Below, in pieces: positions 11,757-25,029 of a stretch of 51,224 nucleotides of DNA. Numbering within the stretch: position 1 is the first letter of the stretch; every line of letters starts with the position of its first letter. The translations under genes were made by a program, and so were the position numbers. A model generated the notes under the pieces. The model worked only from the letters and a program-made list of their open reading frames with translations, was not told where the DNA came from and did not search any database. Origin of the DNA: Atractiella rhizophila (Eukaryota); contig MU271514.1 of NCBI GenBank assembly GCA_021432655.1, positions 1 through 51,224 on the forward strand, given 5' to 3'.

Positions 11757-12811
11757 TGTCTTAAATGTCATGTGATTATTACCACGTTTCCTACCTTAAT
11801 ACCTAAGGTTTACTCAATACAACACTGACACTACAGCTATGCGTAATGACACTCTGCTCGACGCAGCTGACAACCTAAGAACAAACTCAAACTTGTTGTG
11901 CAAGCTTAGTCGCCCGTAGTTGTCGCCAGAACCTGTCTCCATTGAGTAATATTGAGTGCCTGCTTACATTATCAACCTGAGTCGGATGAAGATGCCAGGA
12001 GGTTTGTGTCGACTGGCGGGGCTGAGAGCGGAAGTAAGTGCGAGGTAGTTACGTTTGTCTGAGCTCTTGCAAACTCAGAGCATCAGGAAGTGAAATTGCA
12101 TGTGTCTGTAGGGCCATAGCTGTGGCATGCTGACGACCAGAAGTGCTGAATCATTCAAGAAAAATAAAGAATTTTGTGACCGAGTCGTCGGATTAGGAGT
12201 TATCTCAAATCAAGAAGATGTTCATGTGTTTGTTTCCTGGGAGCATCCAAGCAGCTGAAGAGAGGTATTCCGAGGGCCCGGAGGACGATTCTCAGTTTTC
12301 GCAAAATTTGTGACTGCCCGTAGGGCAGATCTGCTTTTCGATTTCCGCTGGTGAGGAGCGTATGTGGCTCTGTAGTGGATCCAGAATTACGGTAGAGTCA
12401 GACAGACTGACAGTACTCCAACTTTTAACACAGGGTACACTGGAAAGCGTGTGCTCATCTTCATTCTGCTAGCCCAAACTCGCCCGCCACCGCAGTCCTC
12501 TCATGTAAGAGAGCCTTGACAGGTCCCTCCGAGTCAGCCAACCAGCTAGTCTGGTGGAAGAAGTCAGGAAGGTAGTGAAGGGAAGGTTGGAAGGGAATTA
12601 AATTGAGTGGAAAGAATCCGAAAGAACGGGTTGGGAGGGGAAAGTAGAAGGGGAAGGAAACCCAGCTGCATTCGGTGTCCTTCGCTCCAACACCCAGTGG
12701 CGTACGTATGTAGAATAGAAAGCGCTCGTGATTCCATAATCGTCATCTTAAGGTATAATGTACACTAGAATCCAAAACCTGTGCTGCTTTCCTGTCGGTC
12801 TACCCCAGCGA

Positions 12812-13300
12812 TCACCTCAAAGCCCTCACGAAGTTATGCCAGATGTCTCGAATTTGCCTGTGACAAATTATCGCTACGGCTATCGCCCAACCACAGGCGA
12901 TACAAGGAACCAGCATGAGGATCCATTCGTGCTGTTTCTTGATGTGCTTGCCGATGCAACCGAAGGTGACGATGCAGAGGGCGATCCAAACGGCGAGCCA
13001 AGGCACTATATGCCCAGTCCTTCCTTGGATAACTGCCACATTTGTCATTTATGGCTGAGCAAGCAGGAAAGCATGGAGAATTAAATTGATAGCGTACCAT
13101 CACGGCGTGAGCTGACATCGAACCAGGCTACAGCAAAAAGGATAACGATAAGGGCCCAGAAGATTGCCATGAATTGGTCTGGATCCTGATCATCTTCCTC
13201 CCTCGTGGACAATGGCAACAGGCAAGCCAGGATAACAGGTATGGCTGTTACCAGCAGCTTTATTGCAATAGATTTGTAACCCTGAGAACATGCCCCATCA
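12812..13300 (-). CDS. Orphan multi-pass membrane protein, diverged copy 3 (partial model)
   Basis: KLLVTAIPVILACLLP...FMAIFWALIVILFAVAWFDVS, then an intron, then GHIVPWLAVWIALCIV...HEWILMLVP. Aligns by eye with copy 1 (AWxD, VPW..W, HxWxLxLxP). Confidence 0.5.
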
Positions 13301-14979
13301 GAATTTGTCCTTGGATGGAAAGAAGCAGACAGAGTTGCTCACATGGTCGTTTGCGGTGCCCGTATTCCTGTGGACATTTAAATAAAGACACAGTAAGGAT
13401 ATGCTTGACAAACCTAGCCGCTTGAGGGTCTAAACACAAACTCATTAGGATTCATTTCCCAGCTAAGAAAAACTTCTGCGTACTGTGAGAGCCTTGAGAG
13501 GACGATATTGGGTGCATTTCTTCACCCATATTGAGGCGCGTATGAGCATCTTGATTGGAAGACATTTTAAGGGCAGATCTAGAGGGGCGGGTGGTTTGGG
13601 AAGGGAACGATCTCACAGGTTTTATATCCCAGCCCTTCGCGGCCGGTTTTGCATTACACTTTGCATTTCTACCCCCCCTAAAGGAGTTACCCTTCAAGCC
13701 GTGCTGGAAGGCTCGACGAATCGGTCGGTAGAGGCCAATGTGAGGACACGACAGGTGCACTCTGTACCAATACTGATCTTAGTAGGGCAGTTTCCGTGAC
13801 TGTGCTCTCCCACGGGCTGCCTCTTGCTCCTGCTCTCTTGCTACATGCCATCCAGCATTCTCATCAGCGATGGTGCATGAGTAACAACCAACAACAGCCT
13901 CCTCACGTGCTAACATATGCACATATCCATATTCGCAGCGTTTCGCAGCTTTTGAGCTCGAAGCGAGATAATATAGCTGCAGTAATTGGAGTTCGGGTTC
14001 ACGTGCTTTCATACACATATTCGCACCTTCGAGCTCGAAGCACAGCTACTGTAAATGGAGTCCATGGTTGATTTGCCGCCTAATTAGAAATGTTAAAGTC
14101 CGACTGGCATGGCAACAAAGTGTGGTGTGGCTCTGGAGGGACCGTGGGCTCCTAGCTCCGCAAGTGAGACACCCGACACCCGCTTATGCCTTCGATGTGT
14201 GCCTCCGATGTGTGCCTCCGATGTCAGCTTTGGGAGCTGTGTGGAATTACATGGAAATAATGGATGATGAGGTAATTCAACTTGTCTACTCCTTTCAGTC
14301 TAGGATCTACCAGAGGATCACCATCGCTGCTGACCCAGCAGAAATGAAAGCTGAATCCATGACCTATCAAATGATCCAACATTCAACCCAAGCCATACAT
14401 CCCTCGTCACTTCCTAGGTATCCGCAGCATTGCCGTCCAGGACGTAGTTGTTGTGTTCTCCAACAGGTCATTAATTCCTTGTTAATAATGATTAATCATC
14501 GAAGTTATGTAGTACAAATGTAAGAAGCAACTTTCTCGCTCTAGACTAGGCCCAGACTTCAAATTGTGTCCGTGTTGGGAACCACGTCTGAAAAACTTCA
14601 GGATGGTTGATTTGCAAATTCGGCCTTTATGTCCCTCATTCTCGCACTCCTCTACCACGAATCTGCAGTTCTTCAAGTTGTTCAGATATAGTGTTAGCGC
14701 TCAGCTGATGCCATTCAGTACTAAGTCATTACTCAGTACTTGATCCCCCATGAGTTTGTTTGCAAACTGGATGGGTGTTTTCCCGCTCCCGGAAGACAGC
14801 TGGGAAGGTACACAGAGGAGCAGAGCACTGCAGAGCATCCAATTTGGTAGCGAGGCCAGCGAGGCTTGAGACTTTGATCTTGAGCTGCAGAGTGAATAGA
14901 GATCGTAAATTATATGTACTTTTAGGACTGACCAGTGATTATAAATTAGGCACAAACCTCATCCACCCAACGAAAACGA

Positions 14980-17900
14980 TCAAATCAACTTGCCCTCCAT
15001 CCTCGCCGTCCTCCTCTCTCTCCTAACCCTATCCCTCTTCTTCTTCCTCATGTTCTCCCTCCTCTTCCCAAACCTACTAATACCCTCCGGATCGACCTCT
15101 CTCTTCTTCCTCTCCTCCAAACCAGCCACCCTCTCCCTCTCCTCCTCCTCCAACACATCCTCAACCTCCACCCCCTTCTCCTTAACCTCCGCCTTCGACC
15201 TCCTCCCCACAACAGGCACCCCAGGCCGCTTCGGTCGATGAGGGAAAGCGTCTCCCCAATGGGACTTTCGAGCATCATAGTACGCCTGGCGACCCTGAGA
15301 CCGAGGGATGACTTGGTCTTCAAGCCATCCAGACGACGCACAGACGTGCATCGCGACGTGTCCAGACCTTTTGAGCGGTGGGGAGATGAGACGCGGCCAG
15401 TAGAGCGATTCTTCCCTCTTGATTCCCGTGCCCGCCAACTCTTCGTCTAGTTCTATACTCTCTGTATCACCTTCTTCTTCTGCGGCTGATCCTGAGTGGT
15501 TTGACCACGTCCCCTCCACGTTGTTGGCGTTGGCTCCTGCCTCGAGATCTACGTGTCGGTCCCAAGAAGGGTTTGGGTTCGGAGGCTTCTTCCCTCGACG
15601 AATGACGAGGTACGAAAACTTGGCGTCCTCCTCTGCCTCCGCCGTCTTCCCTCCTTTCGTAGCTCTATGCCACTCCTCCGTCTGCACTCTCTGCGAAAAA
15701 TTGCAGGTCCTCTTCAAGTTGGCCAAAGGACAAGAATACATATGAGGACAAGGGGCGACGATATGGGCTCCCCTCTCTGCTCCCTCTCCCTCTCCCGCAG
15801 AATTAGCCTCCTTCATATACTTCAACATCTGCGTCCTAGCTTCATTCAGATACCTGAACCCCCTGGGCGTCCCTCTCTCAATCAAGACCATGACTTCCGC
15901 TCCGCTCTGCCACAACAATCTCACCGTCCTCCGTCTCGCTTCATCGTCACCTAAGTCCTGCAGCGTGAACGCGCACAACGCGAGGGTCTCCTTTCCTATC
16001 ACTTGCTCTTCTTCTGTGAGCTGTGTGGAAGATGATGAGGAGGAGGGAGGGAGGAGGGAGGAGAAAGCTGCGCGACGGAGCGGGTCGGAGGGGAGGGTGA
16101 TGTCTGTTTTTGTGAACGTGGTGCGGAGGTGTGAGAGGGGCGGGAGGAGCGGTTGATGGTTTGCTTTTGATGGTGAGATGAGACGCGGCCAGTAGAGCGA
16201 TTCTTCCCTCTTGATTCCCGTGCCCGCCAACTCTTCGTCTAGTTCTATACTCTCTGTATCACCTTCTTCTTTTGCTGCTGATCCTGAGTGGTTTGACCAC
16301 GTCCCCTCTATCGCGTTAGTCGTGTTGGTTCCTGCTTCGAGGTCTACATGACGGTCCCAAGAAGGGTTTGGGTTCGGAGGCTTCTTCCCTCGACGAATGA
16401 CGAGGTATGAAAACTTGGCGTCCTCCTCTGCCTCCGCCGTCTTCCCTCCTTTCGTAGCTCTATGCCACTCCTCCGTCTGCACTCTCTGCGAGAAATTGCA
16501 GGTCCTCTTCAAATTGGCCAAAGGACAAGAATACATATGAGGGCAGGGGGCGACGATATGGGCTCCTCTCTCCGCAGCCGCTCCCTCTCCCGCAGAATTA
16601 GCCTCCTTGATATACTTCAACATCTGCGTCCTCGCCTCATTCAGATACCCAAATCCCCTTGGCGTCCCTCTCTCAATCAAGACCATGACTTCCGCTCCGC
16701 TCTGCCACAACAATCTCACCGTCCTCCGTCTCGCTTCGTCGTCCCCTAAATCCTGCAGCGTGAACGCGCACAACGCCAGGGTCTCCTTTCCTATCACTTG
16801 CTCTTCTTCTGTGAGCTGTGTGGAAGATGATGAGGAGGAGGGAGGGAGGAGGGAGGAGAAAGCTGCACGACGGAGAGGGTCGGAGGGGAGGGTGATGTCT
16901 GTTTTTGTGAACGTGGTGCGGAGGTGTGAGAGGGGCGGGAGGAGCGGTTGATGGTTTGCTTTTGATGGTGAGGCGGTCGTGGGGTCTGAAGACTGATCGG
17001 AAGAGGAAGAGACGGGAGGAGGAGAGGGGGTTATGGATGGAGGGCGGGCGGTGTGTAAAAGACGGTGGGAGAGAGAGATCATCGTTTGACTTATCTCCAA
17101 CCCAGTGTATTGCTGCAACGTGGAACCAAAAACTTCGTGTGCAGCCCTACTCACACGCATCAATGACATCTCCCGGAAGAAGAGAAGAAGCAAAGGGATG
17201 TGCATACCAAACCCCACTCCCCGTCCCACTCCCCCAATCCACCACCCTCCTAACCGTAACCTCCTCCCCAATCCTCGCCTTCGTCTCCATCAATACCCTC
17301 AACGTAGTCGCATACGCATAAGGCATAACGGTAGCCGCATAAGCGATACAATTCCCCGGCAACTTAAACGACGGTCGTCCATCCTTCCCCTCTCCCTCCC
17401 CCGCCGCCTCCCTCTCCGCCGCACGAGCGAGCTCCCGCTCCCGCTTCTGTTTGGCAGCTACCTCCTCCGGCGAGTCCGAGGTCAGGATGGGGTCGTTTAG
17501 ATCTTCTTCTTCTTCGGCGGTCAGACGGGGAGCGAGGGAGGCTTGGGCTTGGGAGCGGAGGAGGTTTTGGAGGGACGCTTTGCGGGAAGGCTCGTTCTTG
17601 TTCTTTAAGGACGAAGATGAGGATGGAGAAGAGGAGGAGGGAACGTCGGCAGCTGTGGAGCGGAGGTAGGCGTAGATGCTCTTAGAAGAAGAGAGGAAAG
17701 TGCTCCTCTCCATGCCTACCATCATCATCCAACTTTCATCAGTTCATCTCTCTCGCGATATAGATGCAATACAACACAACAGAGATGCAATACAAACACA
17801 AAAAAATCAAACTATAAAAGAGAGGAAGAAGGAGGAAGAGAATACGAACCAGCAACGAACCCCCCAACACCCAACGCGAGCTCTTTCGGGAGTACGACCA

Positions 17901-18144
17901 TCCCTACCCGCTGACTCCCCAGCCTGGCAGCGGCACTGCGCTTGCTGATCTCCCCCGGATTACGCCCTGGACCGACGCTTCCGCGGTGCGCGAAGAAGTC
18001 AGTGGCATAGGGCAGGTCCTGTGTAGACTTAGGCAGAGGTGGGGGAGTGGGGGATGGAGATGAGGAGAGGATGGTGGAGGTGCGGAGCGGGGGGAGGGAG
18101 GAGAAGCGTCGGATGGCTGTGTGGGGAAGGAGGGGACGGGGCAT
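14980..18144 (-). CDS. RSM22: Mitochondrial small-subunit protein Rsm22 / METTL17-like, with internal tandem duplication (spliced)
   Basis: Presequence-like N-terminus MPRPLL, VVDWGSGTGSG methyltransferase motif, LIERGTPRGF, HIVAPCPH..CPL..CNFSQR, KFSYLVIRRG, WPRLISPPLKRSGHV, YYDARKSHWGD. Confidence 0.92.
15384..16970. repeat. Direct tandem duplication (~790 bp x2) inside RSM22
   Basis: gagatgagacgcggccagtagagcgattc occurs at ~15384 and ~16175; the protein repeats SKANHQP...YWPRLISP twice. Confidence 0.95.
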
Positions 18145-19668
18145 TGGGTGAGAAGAGGGACAAAAAAGTCGAAGGGGATTGGTGGAGCTGCCGTGATATG
18201 AAAACTACGGGTAACATTTTGTAGTGAGCGAGTGGACTTACAACCAATAATTGTGCCATTTTCATGTCGATAGCAATGGTGCTGAGTAAATGTGAGGGTG
18301 ACATGAATAAGATGGGGCGAGGTAAAAGGTACACTTTGAAAGGACGTGAGTTCCCGTTTCTTGGTGGACAAAATCAATTTCGATTTCACATTTATTTGAG
18401 CCCCTTTCCAGAAGGAATGCTATGACCAATGTTCTTTAAAGCGGACAAAACAGACATAGTTTCGTTGACTGGTATTACCAGAATTGAAAGTCGACCCCGC
18501 TCTTCACTAGCTTGTCTCTTTCATTTGAGTATTGGTGAAGGGTAACGAAGGAGCTCAGTGCACTTTCCTTTCTCACAAATGCATGTGGGACAGTTCACTA
18601 GCTATGGCATGCGTGAACCAAAGGCCAAGGTGGTGACGCCTTAATCTCTGAATTATTCAACCTTCTACCCTTCCACAACTTCTATCATTGTCTTGAGTCA
18701 CAGGCAATGACAGCAATCAAGAAATAGTGCAGCTACTAGACCTATATCAGGTTGATTTATGTTGGTTCGATTTGAGTTGCTGCCCGTAGTGCCCCGTTCG
18801 AATACACTGTGGGGAGCGAAGAGGCAAGCGGCAAGAGGTCGAGGAAACTGTCCGTTGTTCTTGTGGAACTCTCAGGGTACGATGGAAAATGGTGTTTCTC
18901 TCGAATCGATTCGTGCCACGTTTCATCTTTCACATCTCAACATGTGAGCGACGATAGTTGCTATCATCCATCGCTGAGGATGATCATTCAGCGCGCTTCT
19001 ATTTCCCGTCGTTGCTCCTCCATCTTAATATGCTGATGGCAAAGTCGTTGGTCCTTCATGTCACTATGTTGATGTCAAAGAATGAGAATTGAGTTGCTCC
19101 CAGTAACGACGGTGAGAGCAGAGACGTATAAGTTCCAAACACTTTCCGTAAGATTGCAATCTATTTTGACTGGATTCCTGTTTTGTGCCTTGTGCTTTTG
19201 GAAAGAGGGACAACGTCCCGCCGCCCGCAGATCGAGAAATCAAGAGCAGTCGATTGGGCGTCATATGGAATGACCACACCATCAATTATCGACCACTGAC
19301 GGTGCATAACCGTTGGTGTGTTCGGTCTGTTTGATCACTTCGAATATTGTGGTGCGTTGACAGGATATACCGTGACAGCCATTGATTTTACAACGCGAGA
19401 AGTGGCGAGGAACAAGGGAGAAGCGTCCACCTTGTCAAGACAGCGAGAAAGAGGAAGAGGATCGTGTAGATTGAATCTCTTCTCTTTCGTCGTCGTCGAA
19501 GTCAATAGCAGGCAAGGCCAGCTCGTTCATTGACGCACCTGTTTCGACACAACACGACGTTCGAGCGAATTGTAAGATAAGATTGATGACATGGGCCTTT
19601 TGAGTATGTTTTCTTCTCTACCGTCTTAATCAATGCCATAGGGAAGTGAGGATGACGAGGATCCGTGA

Positions 19669-20999
19669 CCATTAGGACTCAGCACGGCGCAGCCACCAAT
19701 CCCTTCTCCCGTTGCAATTACTAGAGTAGCCCCGGGTCATTCGGGTTTGTTGAGGCGATCTGTGGCTGCTGAAGTTGAGAAAGTAAGGGGAGGTTCGAAT
19801 GAGAAGGCTGTGAAGCAGAAATGGGAAGAAGAGAGTCAAAAGAAGAAAGAGGAGGGAGAGGATGAGGATGAAGAAGAGAATGAAGAAGAGAGTGAAGAAG
19901 AGAGTGAAGAAGAGGAAGAGAATGAGGAAGAGGAAGAGAATGAGGAAGAGGAAGAGAATGAGGAAGAGGAAGAGAATGAGGAAGAGGAAGAGAATGAGGA
20001 AGAGGAAGAGAATAAAGGAGAGGAAGAGGGTGAAGAAGAGGATGGAGACTTGAAACCCAATGCGGCCACCAAGGAAGAAAACCGTGACCAAAAGTTAGCA
20101 TCCACGAGAGATGACACGACACAAGATGAGGACAAAAGTTCCTCAGGATCATCTTCAGATGCACAAACAGCGCATGAGGGTAAAAACAGCGCTGATACCG
20201 TTTCAGTAGCAATGAACTTTCCCGTGTGTGGTGCGTTTTCGCTTTGGTTTTACCAAGTGTAACTCAAGACTGGAATTACTCCCACATCGTCACCTCTGCA
20301 GGGCCCTGCAACAAGGTACACAAGGCATGCGAATATGAGGGAAAGAAACGGGTTTCTGGAGACCTTATTCCCTGCGACCGTTGTGTCAGGAAGGGCTACG
20401 ATTGCCTGTACGTGCTTTGTCACATTCATTATTCTAGACCACCAACGTGGACATTGCATAGCCCGTTTGAGAGGTTCATACGAAAGGGAGTAAGTTTTAA
20501 GGATCGAATTGCTTGCGGTGGGCCATTTTCTCTCCCTCCCCAACCGTTAACAACTAATTTTTTATCCAGAGGAGTGTCATCGAAGGAAGAAGAAATGCAA
20601 CAAAGACGAAGGCGCGGTATCTTGTCAATTTTGCTGGAACAAAAAAATCCCTTGCAAGTTAGTTGCTTCATTACAGTACTACCTTGAAAGCCGAGGATGA
20701 CTGCTACTAGGCCTTACGTTCCTCGAAGAGGGGGGAACGGGATTTCACAACTCCAGCCTTCAAATCGTAGCGTGATCAGGATTCTTGTGGGAAACAAACG
20801 AGTTCTAAACGGACAAAGTCCAAATGGTGCCAGCTCTGTAGTTTCTCACACAGGTCTCAACAACGAAGGAGGTGCAGGCGTAAGGGCGAAATATGAAATT
20901 GATGACCTTGAGGTAGCTCATCGGCTTACGAACTTGAAGAAGCGTGCGAAACCCGAGGAGGACAGGGAGGTAAAACGAATTAAAACTGATGCAGTGTAA
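19669..20999 (+). CDS. Acidic-repeat protein with two Zn(II)2Cys6 clusters (5' end uncertain)
   Basis: Splicing 20231-20301 gives CGPCNKVHKAC-x14-CDRCVRKGYDC. Splicing 20518-20569 gives ACEECHRRKKKCNKDEGAVSCQFCWNKKIPC. Intron 20658-20710 leads to a last exon ending 20999. An in-frame TGA at 19666 leaves the start unresolved. Confidence 0.75.
19870..20012 (+). repeat. Coding minisatellite, 18-bp unit gaggaagaggaagagaat (EEEEEN) with degenerate 12-bp units upstream
   Basis: Direct reading; about 5 perfect units. Confidence 0.9.
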
Positions 21000-21218
21000 A
21001 GACAAGCTTCATGTTGAGCTAACTTTATCTATGGGTCTCTAGTTTCCGATCTGGCAGTGTCATAGATAGATGCAAGAATGAATTGTATTGTGGTATTAGA
21101 CATCAGTTATTGATGCGTCGAGTACATTTGACATTGACCAGCTCTAACGTGGTCTTCGTCAGCCAAGTCTTGGATTCTCATCACTTTGTATCCTGTTCAA
21201 ATGATTTAAGTGAATGAT

Positions 21219-23898
21219 TTAAGCCGCTGCTACCGATACTTGCTGCCCTTTTACGTTGTTCCATGGAAGTGTCGGCGAAATCACGACCATGCACACAGCC
21301 AAGGCGACTGGAGGAATGAATGCTTTCGTCAATGCATCCCTAGAAGAAAAAAGTCAATGTGATATAAACGAAGAATGAGAAACCGCACATGGCTGCTCTC
21401 ACAACCGTTGGCAAGAGCTCAGGAGATACAAACCCACGGAACGCAGAAAGCCCGTTCGCAATGATTGGGCCAACTTCTGCGGGTGGGACGGTCGCGATCA
21501 GGTTGTTGAGCAGGTAGTTTTGGTAGATAGATTGCCCTGTTGTATCACTGTCAGCGTCGATCCATGCCGTGCAGAAGTAGAGCTTACCGATGGCATTAAA
21601 GAAACAACCACCGAGTGTTTGAAAGAATATGTTGATGGCAGTAACCACTTCTACGTCGGTTGTGCCTGATCCCAAAGTGAACCTATTATCCGGACAGGTT
21701 AATGGAACATCTTACCTGTGTAAGCCGCCTGGACAATGTTGACCGGCGTCATGAAGGCCATCCCGAGTCCCAGCCCTGTGAGAACTTGGAATCCAATCCA
21801 TTTATCAGAATCTAAAGGTCTCGTGAGTCGTGCATGTCGTTACAACGGGGAATTGAACGGCATACGGGTTCCCACATCCCAAGTGTAAATCAATCCAGCG
21901 CCAATGGCAGCCAGTACACTTCCCAAAATCAGGAAAGGGTTCGAGTAGCCTAGGCCGTGTCGTTAACGCTTTGCATGACCACGGAAACCAGAAAGATCTA
22001 CCGATGGCGGGCACAAAGCCGCCAGCGACGGTGACAGCAATGATAGCAGACAGAATCAAAGGCAAACTAAGCAAGCAATAGGATGAGATCTAGAGCGAAT
22101 GGCCGACAGAGCAACTCGCCTTTGAATTCCGCTGTGAATGGCACTGCAAATCGAACTCAGTCGCTGCCATAATGAGAATCAAATGGAAACGCACGAGCTA
22201 CCCTTAATGGTCTGGAAATAGATTGGAATCTTGCCTTGACATCAGCGCTCATACCTTGGAGTTTACTTGGGACGCACGAAGTAAGCTAGCGTGAAGTAGG
22301 TAGCACCAATACAAAAGTTTTCGAGCGAAGTGCAGCCGACGGTCCTCTAAGCGGTTATTAACCAAGAAGACCAAGAAGAAGTAAACAAGCGCGAATGAAC
22401 TTACCGTGGTTAACAGCCGAAGAGGAATGGTAGCATTGTCTCCCACATACCATTGCACGACCAAGAAAGCAATTGCAATCAGTCCGAAACCTTTTATGTT
22501 GATCAGGACGCCTTCTTAAGACTTGGGAAGTGTACGCACCGACCAAGAGACCAATGATCTTAGAATCGTCCCAAGGATGTTCGATACCACCCCATTGCAG
22601 TGCAAGAAGGAAACAGGTGATGCAGGCAAGAACCAACCCTGTTCCTATCCTATTGGAATGTCAGCAATAATCAAAGATGACTAAGCCATTGGCGCACCAG
22701 TCGATTCTGAAAAGCTTTTCCTTTAACGTTAAAGTATTGGTTCTTTCTGGAGGACTGAAGAGGATGGCGATGGCAAAGATAGTGGGAATTCCGATTGGTA
22801 AACTGAATTCATCGGTTTAGAACAGAATGATCTCAAAGTCGGCGAGGCTTACTTGATCCAAAAGCACCACCTCCATGTAACGGAAGAAGTAAACACGCCT
22901 GTAGATGGGAGTCAAACTAGGATAGTCGGAAGTTTCGAGAAAAACACACCACCCAGCAAGGGACCGGCGATTCTATCGATCAATTAGCACTTTCCATAGC
23001 AGCGACAAAGAATATCGTACCCGCCTGCTCCATACGCGGCACCAATCAAACCCGTGAACGTTGCTTGCTTTGAAACGGGAAGTGAGGCAGCAAGAATTGT
23101 CAAGCAGCCGATATAGCCGCCAGCCACACCCACACCAGCTAGAGAATACACGTCAGCTACGCTTGGTCATGGTCGGGGCACGCACCAATAGCTCTTCCTA
23201 CGATGAACGTCTTCGAGTTTTGCGATACGGCACAAATCAAGGAGCCGACCTCGAAGATAACCACAGCGCTGCAGTAATCGTTAGCAAATTAACGTTATAG
23301 GCAAAAGGATCACCTTAAAAACACCCATTTCAGAGAGAAAAAGGAGTAGAGACGACCATAAAGCGGTTGAAGGGAGGTAGAAGTCACTAAAGAGCCATGT
23401 CAGCTAGCTGGCTTCAGTTTGGGGCAGAACGGCTACTGAAGTAGGCAGAGATCCACCATCCTACATCCGAAATGGTCTTGAAATCATTGGAGATGACAGG
23501 GATGGCCGGTGCCTTTGTCAGAAAGCTTTAGCTACATGACTTTAGAGACGTGCACAACGTACAATAATGGTTTGATCTAGAGCAGTGAGGAAGGTGAACG
23601 CAGCGAGGCCGAGGAAAGTAATGATGAACTGGCTCCAAATTGAGCTACTTGAATTTCGGTTTGTAAATGAACTTACTTTGCTGGTCACCACAAAATCCTC
23701 ATCTTTAATGCGGGCAAACGCTTCCAGGTCGCCCTTGTGGGTCTCTGGCTGCTTCTCGTCCAGAACAACATCGCCATCAGGATCAGATCCCACAATCGTT
23801 TCCTCTCTCTCTAGCTTCTTCTCTTTACTTTCTACTGGAGATGAAAGTGTGTCATGGGAAGCCCGCGCGTCTGTTGCCTGCTTAGTGTCTGACGACAT
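21219..23898 (-). CDS. MFS drug:H+ antiporter, DHA2 (14-TM) type, many introns
   Basis: [58 protein letters not shown] motifs across short GT-AG introns. Confidence 0.9.
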
Positions 23899-25029
23899 GG
23901 TTTGAACTGTCAACCGCTGGACTGAAAGAGATGAGGACAGTGATCCAATAGAGGATCTTTATTTATAATGGAGTACATAAGGACGTGCAGCAAATGGCCG
24001 AGAGCGAACATAACCGCCGTGACCCGAGCCAGCAACACCGTGAGCGCGAAAAAGGGGGAAACCGGGGTCGTCAGCAAACAGTTGCAATGACTGAGGGTCA
24101 GGGGCCGCCGTCTGACGTCTGCGGACCGCGCTATTCACTTGAATGTTCTATGGACTGTTGCATTGCCCAAGATCTCCGGCCTCGAGCTGGTTGAGCTGGA
24201 CGCTGAACTTCGAGTTCGAATATTCAACATTCAAAATTTAACCCTGGGAGATCACCGAAGTTGGCCCCACAGAATGAAGTCAAAGGACTGGAGGAGGAAG
24301 GTCCATATCGAGTGCGGCAACAACGGACAGGAAAGACTTTGGGCTCGGACAGAGTGGGCAGGTGTCCCCTGTCCTATCCGAGGTTCAATTTGTGGGTTGC
24401 AGGGACACGAGTGTGTCAGCGATCAGGTAACCCAAACTAAGCTGCGTAGGGTTTTGAAGAAAGTAACACCGAATGCTTGCGTCAGCGAGGGACGAACATG
24501 CCGCTCAGGTGCGTCTACATGGACATGGACAGGAAAAGCTGGCCAAATCTGAAAAAGTACTTTGCGTGGAACTTTTATAGGACAAAGAATCAAGGATAGA
24601 CGGACAATTTTCGCTGAAGCATAGGCATATGCCTCAATCACACTGCATTCCTTTCATGCGTTTCCAATTTCCCATCATTCCTCTCTTCTCTGCCTTAGTT
24701 GGGAAATGGTCACTGATAGTTTATGCGGGAATGTGCCAAGAGATTTGGAAACAAAGAAATAAGCCAGTTGCTGAATTGGATTAGCTGGTCTGCATTTCAG
24801 ATTAAGTATGGGAAGTAAGTAATTAGTAACAACTCGATACCACCCAAACATTCAATGAAGTCGAAGTGCGGTAAAGCAGAGTAGACACATGTACACAGTC
24901 TTTTCGCACAAAATTTGATTTTGAGTAGTTGTAAGTAGTTACATTGTTGAATGTAGTTTGTACAATTGCTGCTGGCTTTTACATTGGCTTGTTGAAGCCT
25001 TTCCATTCCATTTCTTCATTGTGTCAAAC

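Noticed and set aside
14193..14226. 13-bp tandem repeat cgatgtgtgcctc and ORF 14068-14523
   Set aside because: Only ~2.5 units, no spacers (not CRISPR-like), and no recognisable protein motif.
19672..20212. Hydrophobic FLFLIL and HSLPLP repeat ORFs on the minus strand
   Set aside because: Antisense shadows of the Glu-rich minisatellite.
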